From Candidatus Binatia bacterium (GTDB taxonomy: Bacteria > Desulfobacterota > Binatia > UBA9968 > CAXXLF01): DNA of 64,000 nt. The stretch's first letter is position 1; each line of letters begins with the position of its first letter. A program made the position numbers and the translations under genes. The DNA lies in assembly GCA_963664015.2 (NCBI GenBank), contig CAXXLF010000002.1, positions 2,112,001 to 2,176,000 on the forward strand, in the 5' to 3' direction. The notes under the pieces are model-generated. The model saw only the letters and a program-made list of their open reading frames with translations. It was not told the DNA's origin and searched no databases. Shown in pieces: positions 12,520 through 22,010 of the stretch.

Positions 12520-14781
12520 TTATAACATGTTGTAAGGATCTACATCAATGTGGAGTCGGACATTGCCTTGGGGGCAGAGTCCCTGGGCCGCCTTGGCCAA
12601 ATCTAAAAGGGGAGGGCCCTTTTTCCCTTTAAGGAGAATCTGCCAGCGGTAGCGATTGCGCAGCTTTTCGATCGGGGCCGGGGCCGGGCCTAGAATCTCG
12701 ATCTGTTCGGCCCCCTTATCCCTATTCGTAATATATCGCCTGAGGCTGGCACCCATCGACCTGGCCTTTTGTTCCACATCTTTGGCTTTGAGCCCATCAA
12801 GGCGAAGCTGGACCAGCCGGCCGAACGGGGGGTAGCCCAGGTCTCGGCGGAATTCAATCTCCGAAGCAAAAAAACTTTCATAGTCATGGGTTGCAGCAAA
12901 TTGGAACGAGTAATGATCCGGCAGATAGGTCTGGACTATGACTCTCCCCGGATTGGCGCCCCTGCCGGCCCGGCCTGCAACCTGGAGGAGGATTTGAAAG
13001 GTCCGCTCGGCGGCTCGGAAGTCCGGTAAATTCAACGATAGATCCGCAGAAATCACGCCTACAAGCGTGACTCCGGCCACGTCATGACCTTTGGCGATCA
13101 TTTGGGTCCCAACCAGGATCTCGATTTCGCCTTTTTCCCATTGCCGGAACAGGCGTTCGTGGGCCCCCCGCTTGCTTGTGGTGTCGCGATCCATACGGCC
13201 GATCTTGGCTTCGGGGATAAAGCGCAAGAGCTCTTCTTCCAATTTCTCCGTCCCAAAGCCCACCCCCGCAAGAGTTGAATTGTCACAGGAGGGGCAAAGG
13301 TCGCTGAATGGCTTCCGGAAGCCGCAATGATGGCAAAAGACGCTTTGCTCGTTTCGGTGATAGGTAAGACTGATACTGCATTGGGGGCAGCGCAACACAA
13401 AGCCGCATAGCTTGCACTGGAGAAAATTGGCGAAGCCTCGGCGGTTAAGGAAGATCAGGCTTTGGTGTCCAAGCTTGTGATTCTCCTGTAGCGCTTTGAT
13501 GAGCTGCCGTGAGAAAAAGATCCCCCCCCCAGACGAGCCTGCGGGGGCTGCCGGTTGCTCCATCAAGTCCTGCCTGAGGTCCACGATCTCTACATGAGGA
13601 AGTGATTGCTCCTCGACTCTGGATCTCAGATCCAGCCGTTGGTATCGCTTGAGCTGGCAATTGTGGTAACTCTCTATTGAAGGTGTGGCAGAGCCCAGGA
13701 GAACTGGACAACTCAGCAACTTTCCCCGCACGACGGCTAGATCCCTGGCGTTGTAACGGAGCCCCTCTTCCTGTTTATACGAAGTGTCATGCTCTTCGTC
13801 TACAATGATCAAGCCCAGGTCCGGGATGGGGGCAAAGATCGCCGAACGTGCTCCCAATACCACATTCACTTCACCCCGGGCGATGCGCCACCACTGGGTA
13901 TAACGCTCGGCAGATGTAAGGGCGCTGTGCAGCATGCCCACCTGGCCCGGAAATCGGTTCAAGAGGCGGTCCTTTAGCTGGGGGGTTAAGGAAATCTCGG
14001 GGACGAGGATCAGGCTGCGCTTGTTCTGTTTGCTGACCCGCTCGATGGCCCGCAGGTATACTTCCGTTTTACCGCTTCCAGTAACGCCGTAGAGGAGAAA
14101 GGTTGCAAAGCCCCCCATGGCCAGGCTTTCTTCCATCGACTGGAGGGCCGCGCCTTGATCCGCAGTGAGTTTCAGTTGCTTACGGCCAGGGACCGTCTCT
14201 TCCGCCTCCGCTGCCGGTTCTTTCCTTCCGGCCCGTCGGCGATCCGTTTTGATCTTGTCCTCAATCTCGACCGCGCCAATAGAAACCAGCCGGCTCAGGG
14301 CCCGATTTATGCCCCTGCCTGACAATTGATTTCCAAGACTCTTTAGTAGAATCCTCTTGCGGCTTTGCAGCAGGGCGACGATCTCCCTTTCTAGTTTCCC
14401 TTTTAGGGCAAAGGACCCGTCGCGGGCCGTTACCATCCTCTGGCTTTCCAATCTCAGGGTTGGGGGGAGGACAGTCGCCAAGGCCTCACCCAAGGGGGAA
14501 ATATAATATTTGGAGATCCAACGGCAGAGTTCGAGGAGCGAGGCGTCCAAGATGGGGTGGTCATCCATCATATCCAGGATTTCACGAATTCTTGGCAGTG
14601 TTGAGTGTTGAGCAAAAGCGCTCACAACTCCCGTAACCTTGCGTGTTCCCAGGGGGACAAGAACGCGCATGCCAATCTGGAGGGATTCTTGGAAGCGTTC
14701 CGGGACCCGATAGATCAGAGGGGCCGGTACCCCTGAGGGTATAGCTACTTGAACAAACTCGGGTCGCGCATCGGCCATCAT
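12520..14781 (-). CDS. priA: Primosomal protein N' (replication restart helicase)
   Basis: GVTGSGKTEVY, LVPEISLTPQ, DEEHD, SATPS, four CxxC pairs, GTQMIAKGHD, QVAGRAGR, DVDP; start probably ATG 14781 or 14778. Confidence 0.97.
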   Translation of the reverse strand: MMADARPEFVQVAIPSGVPAPLIYRVPERFQESLQIGMRVLVPLGTRKVTGVVSAFAQHSTLPRIREILDMMDDHPILDASLLELCRWISKYYISPLGEALATVLPPTLRLESQRMVTARDGSFALKGKLEREIVALLQSRKRILLKSLGNQLSGRGINRALSRLVSIGAVEIEDKIKTDRRRAGRKEPAAEAEETVPGRKQLKLTADQGAALQSMEESLAMGGFATFLLYGVTGSGKTEVYLRAIERVSKQNKRSLILVPEISLTPQLKDRLLNRFPGQVGMLHSALTSAERYTQWWRIARGEVNVVLGARSAIFAPIPDLGLIIVDEEHDTSYKQEEGLRYNARDLAVVRGKLLSCPVLLGSATPSIESYHNCQLKRYQRLDLRSRVEEQSLPHVEIVDLRQDLMEQPAAPAGSSGGGIFFSRQLIKALQENHKLGHQSLIFLNRRGFANFLQCKLCGFVLRCPQCSISLTYHRNEQSVFCHHCGFRKPFSDLCPSCDNSTLAGVGFGTEKLEEELLRFIPEAKIGRMDRDTTSKRGAHERLFRQWEKGEIEILVGTQMIAKGHDVAGVTLVGVISADLSLNLPDFRAAERTFQILLQVAGRAGRGANPGRVIVQTYLPDHYSFQFAATHDYESFFASEIEFRRDLGYPPFGRLVQLRLDGLKAKDVEQKARSMGASLRRYITNRDKGAEQIEILGPAPAPIEKLRNRYRWQILLKGKKGPPLLDLAKAAQGLCPQGNVRLHIDVDPYNML

Positions 14782-14925
14782 TGCACTCTTATCCACTGAA
14801 AGACTGAAAAGCAATAAGAGACCCCGGTTGCTGTATAACGAATAGATCCTTGCGCCATACAAGAAAAACCGTAGGAATACGGGGCTTTTTACCATGTATA
14901 ATTAAGTATAATTTCGATCAAATTT

Positions 14926-14940
14926 ATTATTGACAATAAT
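14926..14940. promoter_or_regulatory. Palindromic operator candidate ATTATTG-A-CAATAAT overlapping a TTGACA hexamer
   Basis: Perfect 7-bp inverted repeat containing TTGACA (14930-14935), between priA and the divergent XRE gene. Confidence 0.4.
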
Positions 14941-15002
14941 TGTTAGCAGGGCGGATCATATGAAGTTGTAGGGGCGGACCTGGCAAATATTTAGGGTTTA
15001 AG

Positions 15003-15205
15003 ATGATTCGAACAAACAACCAGGTGAAAAGGATCGGAGAATCCAAGATGTTAAGTAAGACGGAGCTGGCGCGGTTGGCCGGGGTCTCTCCTCTGACTAT
15101 CGACCGGATTGAGAAGGGTAAGTGTTGCCGCTTGGAGACCCAGCGCAAAATTCTATTAGCTCTGGGCCTTAAGATTACTCAAAAAATAGGGTGTTTCAAC
15201 AGTAA
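15003..15205 (+). pseudogene. XRE-family HTH regulator of the pil operon, frameshifted into pilM
   Basis: LSKTELARLAGVSPLTIDRIEKG...RLETQRKILLALG; one extra A in the A6 run at 15181-15186 restores KNRVFQQ* with TAA at 15203-15205, immediately before the pilM ATG. Confidence 0.8.
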
Positions 15206-15206
15206 T

Positions 15207-15700
15207 ATGCCATTTAGCCTATCTAACCTAAATCCCTTTCGAAGAAGCGAAGGCTTTGTCGCCCTCGACATCGGATCGAGCTCGATCAAGATGGTCGAGG
15301 CTATCTCCGAGCGGAACGGCTATCGTTTGATTAGTCTGGGGATGCTGCCGTTACCGTCCACTGTCATCCAGAACAACCTGGTTATGGAGAAAGACGTGGT
15401 TGCTGGAACCATTGAAAACCTCATCCAATCCAACGGCGTCAAATCAAAGAACGTCATTTGCTCAGTCCCGGGCAGGGGCGTGATCATCAAAAAGATCCAA
15501 ATGCCCGCCCAGAACGAGCAAGAACTCGAGGCAAACGTAGAATTCGAAGCGACGAACGTTATTCCGGAAGTACTGGAAAACGTAAATCTCGACTACCAGA
15601 TTCTGAACCTCTTGGGGGACGGAAGCCAGATGGAGATCCTTTTGGTGGCCGTAAATAAGTATATCGTTCAGAGGTACACGGAGGCCATTCAGGAAGCGGG
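15207..15700 (+). pseudogene. pilM: Type IV pilus assembly protein PilM, N-terminal half only
   Basis: VALDIGSSSIKMVE, VPGRGVIIKKIQMP, VNLDYQIL, ILLVAV...IQEAG; breaks off after ~165 aa. Confidence 0.9.
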
Positions 15701-15922
15701 CACCCCCTTCATGAAGGATATCCCCATGCTGGGTTAGCTCTTCAAGAGGGTCCGATTGGCCCAGGACTATGAAGAACTTATGGTCTTTATCACACCTCGT
15801 ACAATCATGTCAGGAGCAGCGGATCTTCCCCAGGCGGAACAGCTCTGGCGTAAAGCATGAAGGCGACGGAGGGCGATCGGCCCATCGGGTCGTCAGCCGA
15901 CATTGACCTTTTTCTTCGCTAG
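15699..15922 (+). pseudogene. pilQ: C-terminal fragment of the secretin PilQ
   Basis: GTPFMKDIPMLG*LFK...EELMVFITPRTI matches the secretin GxPxLxxIPxLGxLF...ELxIFITPxI signature; TAG at 15735-15737 sits at the usual Trp. Confidence 0.8.
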
Positions 15923-15923
15923 C

Positions 15924-15959
15924 CACAAGGAGCCGGGGGAACCCCTCCGGCTCCTTGTG
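15924..15959. terminator. Strong hairpin after the pil remnant (terminator-like)
   Basis: CACAAGGAGCCGG...CCGGCTCCTTGTG, perfect 13-bp stem; no clear U-tract. Confidence 0.55.
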
Positions 15960-16079
15960 CGATTCCCCAATCACCCACTTCCATAGTCTTCGGTATGAAC
16001 CGGTGCCATAGCAGGGGCGCACCCCAGTGTCCCGCCCATGACCCTGGTCTCGGCTCCGAGATTCGGGTAATATGAGAGC

Positions 16080-17276
16080 ATGCTACGATACTTTACAGCG
16101 GGAGAGTCCCACGGACCCTGTTTGACCACCGTCATTGATGGTGTCCCAGCTGGGTTCCCTATTGATATTGATCAAATCAACCATGACCTATGGCGCCGCC
16201 AACAGGGTTACGGGCGAGGTGGCCGGATGCTGATCGAAAAAGATGAAATCCAGGTCCGTTCAGGTATCCGCTGGGGTAAGACGCTGGGTTCGCCGGTGGC
16301 ATTTGGGATCGAAAACCGGGACTGGAAAAACTGGACCAAGAAAATGTCTTCAGCCCCAGAGGACTACGATGAGAGCATTGCGGTGACCAAACCGAGGCCC
16401 GGCCATGCGGACTTGACCGGTGTGTTGAAATACGATCACCACGACATCCGTAACGTCTTGGAGCGGGCCAGTGCCCGGGATACGGTTTCCCGTACCGCGG
16501 TGGGCTCTTTTTGCAAACAGCTATTGGCCCCCTTTGGGATCAAGATTATGGGCACGGTGCATTCCCTAGGGGGAATCGTTGCGGGCACCGAATCCATGAG
16601 TTGCGAAGAGGTCTACCTACAGGCCGAGAACTCTCCAGTCCGAGTCGCCGATAAAGAGGCGGAACAGAAGATGATCGCTCTGATCGAGGACTGCAAGAAG
16701 AGGGGAGACACCTTGGGTGGGGTCTTCCAGGTGGTGACCCTTGGACTCCCTCCGGGGCTCGGTTCCCATACCCAATGGGATCTTAAGCTCGACGGCCGTT
16801 TGGCGCAGGCTCTTATGAGTATTCAGGCTATCAAGGGGGTTGAAGTCGGCCTGGGATTCGAGGCGGCAATGCGCAGGGGGGCCCAGGTCCACGATGAAAT
16901 TTTCTACGACCCCCGGTACGAAGGGTCCGACACGTCACCGAAGATGGGGCAGACCGGGTTCTATCGTGGTAGCAATAATTCCGGTGGGACCGAAGGGGGG
17001 ATGTCCAATGGTACCCCCCTGGTGGTCCGGGCGGCGATGAAGCCGATCTCAACGCTCATGAGTCCCCTTCAATCGGTGGATTTGCGGACAAAACAACCCG
17101 TGGATGCTTCGGTGGAGCGGTCGGACGTGTGTGCCTTGCCGGCGGCAGCAGTTGTTGGTGAATCGGTGGTCGCATTCGAGTTAGCGTTGGCCTTCCTGGA
17201 AAAATTCGGTGGGGATTCCTTGGGGGAAATCCAGCGAAATTACCAGTCCTATTTAGGGCAAATAAAGAGTAACTAA
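16080..17276 (+). CDS. aroC: Chorismate synthase
   Basis: TAGESHG, RRQQGYGRGGRM, PRPGHAD, ERASAR, MKPISTL, ERSDVC. Confidence 0.98.
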   Translation: MLRYFTAGESHGPCLTTVIDGVPAGFPIDIDQINHDLWRRQQGYGRGGRMLIEKDEIQVRSGIRWGKTLGSPVAFGIENRDWKNWTKKMSSAPEDYDESIAVTKPRPGHADLTGVLKYDHHDIRNVLERASARDTVSRTAVGSFCKQLLAPFGIKIMGTVHSLGGIVAGTESMSCEEVYLQAENSPVRVADKEAEQKMIALIEDCKKRGDTLGGVFQVVTLGLPPGLGSHTQWDLKLDGRLAQALMSIQAIKGVEVGLGFEAAMRRGAQVHDEIFYDPRYEGSDTSPKMGQTGFYRGSNNSGGTEGGMSNGTPLVVRAAMKPISTLMSPLQSVDLRTKQPVDASVERSDVCALPAAAVVGESVVAFELALAFLEKFGGDSLGEIQRNYQSYLGQIKSN

Positions 17277-17280
17277 ACCG

Positions 17281-17874
17281 TTGTTTCGGGACCTCCATAA
17301 AAATATTGCCCTGACCGGATTCATGGCCGTAGGAAAGAGTGCCGTGGGCCGGCGGCTGGCGCGCAGGCTCAAGTGGCCCTTTGTGGATCTCGACCGCGTC
17401 ATAGAGGATAAAGAAGGAATGAGGGTGCAAGAGATCTTTAGACAAAAAGGGGAAAGTCATTTCCGAAAAGTAGAGAAGGAGATATTGAAGGAGATTCTCA
17501 GCCAGGACAAACAGGTCATCGCCACCGGGGGGGGGGCTATTTTGGACGAGGAGAGCCTGAGCCTCCTCAGAGATCGTAGCCTCATGATCTGTCTTACCGC
17601 CTCGCCCCAGAACTTGCTTCGAAGGTCGGGGCTGAAGCCCACCCGTCCCTTGCTTGCGGATCCCGATAAGATCAAACGCATTGAGTCCTTGATGGCTGAA
17701 CGCCAGGCGGCCTATGGCCAAGCCCATATCAGTATTGACACCGGTGCCATCCCCGTAAACAAGGTCGTGGAAAAAATAATTGAAAAGTTAAACTTCCAAC
17801 AAGGCGAAAATAAGGATTCAGGAAGCAAAATCCAGACATCAGAAACTGGGAAAACCGGCAATTTCAAATGCTGA
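17281..17874 (+). CDS. aroK: Shikimate kinase
   Basis: GFMAVGKSAVG, DLD, GESHFR, ATGGG, RPLL. Confidence 0.96.
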   Translation: MFRDLHKNIALTGFMAVGKSAVGRRLARRLKWPFVDLDRVIEDKEGMRVQEIFRQKGESHFRKVEKEILKEILSQDKQVIATGGGAILDEESLSLLRDRSLMICLTASPQNLLRRSGLKPTRPLLADPDKIKRIESLMAERQAAYGQAHISIDTGAIPVNKVVEKIIEKLNFQQGENKDSGSKIQTSETGKTGNFKC

Positions 17875-17903
17875 CGTCAAAATAATGAAGTCGATTTTTA
17901 CCT

Positions 17904-18980
17904 ATGCGTACCATTAAAGTTAACCTCGACGCCCGCTCCTATCCTATCCATATGGGAGAGGGATTACTTGGCCAAACCGGTGAGTTGATGCACCGGGCCG
18001 GGTGTACGGGTAAGGTTGGTATCGTGACCAATCCGGTGGTGGGGAAACTCTACCTTAAGACCGTGGAGGAGTCCCTTAGCCGCTCGGGATTTGGAGTGAG
18101 TTCTATCCTCATCCGCGACGGGGAAGAGCACAAAAACATGACCTCCCTCGCCTCTATTTATGATCACCTCGTTAGGGAAAGATTCGAACGGTGTTCTTCC
18201 CTGGTTGCCTTGGGCGGAGGCGTCGTCGGGGATTTGACCGGGTTTGCGGCGGCGACCTTTCTCCGGGGAATTGCCTATGTCCAGATCCCCACAACGCTTC
18301 TGGCCCAGGTGGATTCCAGTGTCGGCGGCAAAACGGGCGTCAACCATCCGGAGGGGAAGAACCTTATCGGTGCGTTTTATCAGCCCAAGGTCGTGGTCAT
18401 TGATCTAGCCGTTCTTCGTTCCCTGCCGCGGCGGGAGCTGGCCGCCGGACTTGCCGAGGTGATTAAATACGGGATCATCCAAGACGCCGATCTTTTTGCC
18501 TACCTTGAGAAAAACCTCTCTAACCTTTGGGAATTTGACCGAACCAGCCTGGAAAGGATCGTCGCCGACTCCTGCAGGATCAAGGCCGCAGTCGTCGAAA
18601 AGGACGAACGTGAGGAAGACTACCGGGCGATCCTCAATTTCGGCCATACCCTTGGTCACGCCTTGGAGTCTGAGATGCACTACGAGGACCTTCTCCATGG
18701 GGAGGCCGTTGCCATTGGTATGGCCAAAGCTGCAAAGATTTCCTTCGGCGAAGGCTTGTGTAACCGAGAGAGCCTGGAACGGATTGTTCGATTGATTCAG
18801 CAAGCAGGTCTCCCGACGGACCTTCCACGCCATATCAAGCTCGAGCAGCTAATCAAGACTATGGAGTTGGATAAGAAGTCGTCCGGGGGAAAGATCAAGT
18901 TTGTGATTTGTAAAGGGATCGGCGCCGTGCAGTTTCAGCGGCTATCCGCGGAAGAGGTCATTGCCAGGCTGGCAGATTAA
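17904..18980 (+). CDS. aroB: 3-dehydroquinate synthase
   Basis: LGGGVVGDL, PTTLLAQVDSSVGGKTGVN, LNFGHTLGHA, HGEAV, DKK. Confidence 0.98.
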   Translation: MRTIKVNLDARSYPIHMGEGLLGQTGELMHRAGCTGKVGIVTNPVVGKLYLKTVEESLSRSGFGVSSILIRDGEEHKNMTSLASIYDHLVRERFERCSSLVALGGGVVGDLTGFAAATFLRGIAYVQIPTTLLAQVDSSVGGKTGVNHPEGKNLIGAFYQPKVVVIDLAVLRSLPRRELAAGLAEVIKYGIIQDADLFAYLEKNLSNLWEFDRTSLERIVADSCRIKAAVVEKDEREEDYRAILNFGHTLGHALESEMHYEDLLHGEAVAIGMAKAAKISFGEGLCNRESLERIVRLIQQAGLPTDLPRHIKLEQLIKTMELDKKSSGGKIKFVICKGIGAVQFQRLSAEEVIARLAD

Positions 18981-18989
18981 TCAAAGGCC

Positions 18990-19538
18990 ATGGAAGGGAT
19001 TTCGAAGTTTTCTGGTGTTCAGGCCATTGTGGATCGGGCGGAGGAATTGCGCCGCGGGGGACATATAGAGGAGGCATTGGAAGCTATTGAACGCTGTCTC
19101 CGTGTAGATCCCATCCATTCCCGGGCTCTCCTGGTACAGTGCCGCATTCTGTATCAGAGAGGCATGTTAGCCCAGGCGCTCCGGATCTTGAAGATGTTGT
19201 GGGAACTCCTGGATGGAGACGAGAACATTACGAAAATTGCAGAGGGACTGGAGGAGCGATGGCAGCAGCCGAAGCCTCTCATGGACCACAACTTTATAAC
19301 TGAAACAATGGCGGATCTCCAGGTGAGACAAGGCTATCTCTGGGATGCCATGGAAATTTATCGTCAGCTCTATACGGGCGTGGAGTCCGAGGGACTCTGG
19401 GCCAAAATCCTTGTTCTAAGGGATCGTTTGCAGAAAGAAAGAGACAATACGCAAGATGAACAAGATGAACAAGATGAACAGAAAGAACGTCTTGAGGCAC
19501 TGAACCAGTGGATTAAAAAACAACAGAGGAACGCATAG
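18990..19538 (+). CDS. Tetratricopeptide-repeat protein
   Basis: N-terminal TPR-like helices and a TETMADLxxxQG...AxEIY motif; lies between aroB and aroQ. Confidence 0.75.
   Translation: MEGISKFSGVQAIVDRAEELRRGGHIEEALEAIERCLRVDPIHSRALLVQCRILYQRGMLAQALRILKMLWELLDGDENITKIAEGLEERWQQPKPLMDHNFITETMADLQVRQGYLWDAMEIYRQLYTGVESEGLWAKILVLRDRLQKERDNTQDEQDEQDEQKERLEALNQWIKKQQRNA
19452..19480 (+). repeat. In-frame 9-bp tandem repeat (CAAGATGAA x3, QDE)
   Basis: Three exact copies, read directly. Confidence 0.9.
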
Positions 19539-19985
19539 ATGGCTCAAAAAAAGCGCAAACGAATCCTGGTCCTCCATGGGCCCAACCTCAATTTGCTAGG
19601 AAAGCGGCAGCCTGAGATTTACGGTCGCCTAACCCTCGATGAGATCAACGGGAAGATCGAGAGAGCCGCCAAGGAACTGGATATAGAGGTGGAGATGCGA
19701 CAATCTAACCACGAAGGGGAGTTGGTTACCTGGATCCAGGAATCCCCCAGTCGGTTTGATGCCCTGGTATTGAATGCGGCAGCTTACACCCACACCAGTG
19801 TTGCCCTCAGGGACGCCCTATTGGCGACTGCCATCCCATCTGTGGAAGTCCATCTGAGCAACATTTATCGGCGCGAAGATTTTCGCCGAAAATCATTGAT
19901 TGCAGAGGTTGTGACGGGACAGATCAGCGGCTTCGGACTTCACAGCTACCTTCTCGGTCTTAGGGCTGCCGTGGAACTCGTTTAG
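19539..19985 (+). CDS. aroQ: Type II 3-dehydroquinate dehydratase
   Basis: [43 protein letters not shown]. Confidence 0.98.
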   Translation: MAQKKRKRILVLHGPNLNLLGKRQPEIYGRLTLDEINGKIERAAKELDIEVEMRQSNHEGELVTWIQESPSRFDALVLNAAAYTHTSVALRDALLATAIPSVEVHLSNIYRREDFRRKSLIAEVVTGQISGFGLHSYLLGLRAAVELV

Positions 19986-20181
19986 GGGCGGTCGGTCAAC
20001 GTAAGAAAGGTAGGAGAGAGAATAGCCGGGATACCGTCCTTCTGCAGGACCGTGACGATTTCATCGGGACGTAAGTCCTCCCCCCAAGCTGTTCCGGCGG
20101 TTATCACCGGAATTACGAGTAGCCACACAATCCCTGAACGTTTCAATGGCATTTCTTACATGCGGAGATAGTAGACGGCTA

Positions 20182-20760
20182 TTAACCTTTGACCGAGTGA
20201 TCAACCGACCGGACCATGGTGAGAAGCTTGTCCATGGGCATTTTGGAGACCAGGAGACAGACCCTCTCGCCGACACGGGGCATGACACCGTTCACGGTAC
20301 CATCGGTGAAGGCATAGTATTTCATCTGATCTTTGGGATCGACGAATAGTTGTACCTTCTTCGGCGCGTCATTGTCGGTGCCGATAAAGGTAAAACAGCT
20401 CACCGCCGGGGCTTTGCCCCTGTAGACGGCAACTAGGACATCGCGGTTATCGACATTCTGTAGTTTTCCGCCCACGGGCTTTAGCCCAACGGTGGACAGG
20501 TCGTAGCCCATGGGGGCGAAACGTCCCTCCACGGAGCCGACTAGATTGGCTACCATCTCCTTTTCACCGGCGGCCTGGGTAAAGGGGGCATATGGCCACT
20601 GTTAATCTCCGCATGGGCCTCCAGGGCGGCCAGAGAGATGGAGCCACCGGTGGGCCACATCAGGTAGAAGGTCGGCAACAAGAAGAGGACGAGTAGGGCG
20701 AGTGCGAAGGCTGGTCGGGTGACGACCCTGCCCGGCCATAGGAGCCCCCACCACCCCTAA
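20182..20760 (-). pseudogene. Anti-sigma factor remnant (TM helix plus extracytoplasmic domain, N-terminus lost)
   Basis: RPAFALALLVLFLLPTFYLMWP TM segment, frameshift ~20580, then the 124-aa ORF; joined directly to the sigma remnant. Confidence 0.6.
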
Positions 20761-21237
20761 GAGGGATCGGCGGCTTCCGCATACGAGAGCTCGCCCATGT
20801 CAACCAGAACAATCGGGGCACGGAAATCTTCGGGGATCTTGCTCAATGCTTCGTTCAGTTTACCGATTAACTCGTTGTTGAGCACCTTGATTTCCGGGCT
20901 TAGTTAGCATCCCGGCAGTGTATCCCAATAATTCGTTCCCTCGTCCTCGGCAAACTCCTGGCCCTCAGGTCTCACCCAACGCTTCTTTCAATGGTAGTGG
21001 TCGAGGAAATAGTTGTACAGGATGCGCGAGAGCCATGCCTTCATGTTCGTCCCGGGCTGGAACTGCTGATAGGAGTCCAATCCCCGGACGTAGGCTTCCT
21101 GGACGAGATCCTCCGCCGGGATCCCGAGCAAGGTGCAGGGCGACGCGGTAGAGATAATCCTGGTACTTCAACGCCTCATTGGCTAAGCTTCGCCTTGCGA
21201 CTACACTCTTTTTTGCCTGCCCGAATCACGCAGCCAT
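20758..21237 (-). pseudogene. ECF RNA polymerase sigma factor pseudogene
   Basis: Across frames: YQDYLYRVALHLARDP / AEDLVQEAYVRGLDSYQQFQPGTNMKAWLSRILYN (region 2) / EALSKIPEDFRAPIVLVDMGELSYAEAA (region 4, cut before GTVKSR); several stops and a frameshift. Confidence 0.85.
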
Positions 21238-21650
21238 TCTAGTTGATGGGATGTGCCCTGTCTATGCCCCACCGGGGCGGTCCCCAGTCAACAGAGATGA
21301 GAGAAATCTTTGATGCCGCCTGCATTATTTGTTATGGAATCGGAGGTCGTTGAAACGGGGAATATTCGAGCCAAGTCCCATCCCCCTCCCGGATCATGCC
21401 CCAGATGCCATGAACTTGGAAAAACTCGTGACTTCCGGCATCCTTACCCCCGTTGAAATCATGATCGTTCTTGTATAGCCTCTGCTTCAGAACAATGGGA
21501 ATGTCACGGCACAGGAGTTGCCCCAGTATCGTACACAAATTGCCTTGTATTCCGTTTTGTCGACCGTATAGGTCTCCTGCTGGGGATTAGCTGGTGACAT
21601 TAACTAACTTTTCCTGAGGTATCCCCTTGGGTCGTGAGAAGGGAATAAAA

Positions 21651-22010
21651 ATGAAGAGAACCAATTTTGGCGACCACTATCTAATAGACTTTCGCGATTG
21701 CGATCCGGAAGTCATTAAGTCCGTGGATCCTATCCGGGAGATAGTTCTACGGGCTGCCAAGGAATGCGGTGCAACCATCCTTGAGGACTTTTTTCACCAG
21801 TTTGCACCCGTTGGTGTGAGTGGTGTCGTGCTGATCGCCGAATCGCATATCAGCATTCACACGTGGCCGGAAGAAGGCTTTGCGGCCGTAGATATTTTTA
21901 CCTGCGGGGATATGCAACCACAAATTGCTGTTGACATCATGCGTGATAATTTTCGCGCCCGGGAGGCGATAATGAAGACTGTCATCAGGGGCCAGCTCGA
22001 GCATGTCTGA
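21651..22010 (+). CDS. speD: S-adenosylmethionine decarboxylase proenzyme (short type)
   Basis: HQFAPVGVSGVVLIAESHISIHTWPE with the E-S self-cleavage site; DIFTCG. Confidence 0.95.
   Translation: MKRTNFGDHYLIDFRDCDPEVIKSVDPIREIVLRAAKECGATILEDFFHQFAPVGVSGVVLIAESHISIHTWPEEGFAAVDIFTCGDMQPQIAVDIMRDNFRAREAIMKTVIRGQLEHV

Noticed and set aside
15003-15737. Novel HTH-PilM fusion protein (244-aa ORF)
   Set aside because: Explained by a 1-bp loss in an A-run plus a pilM::pilQ deletion.
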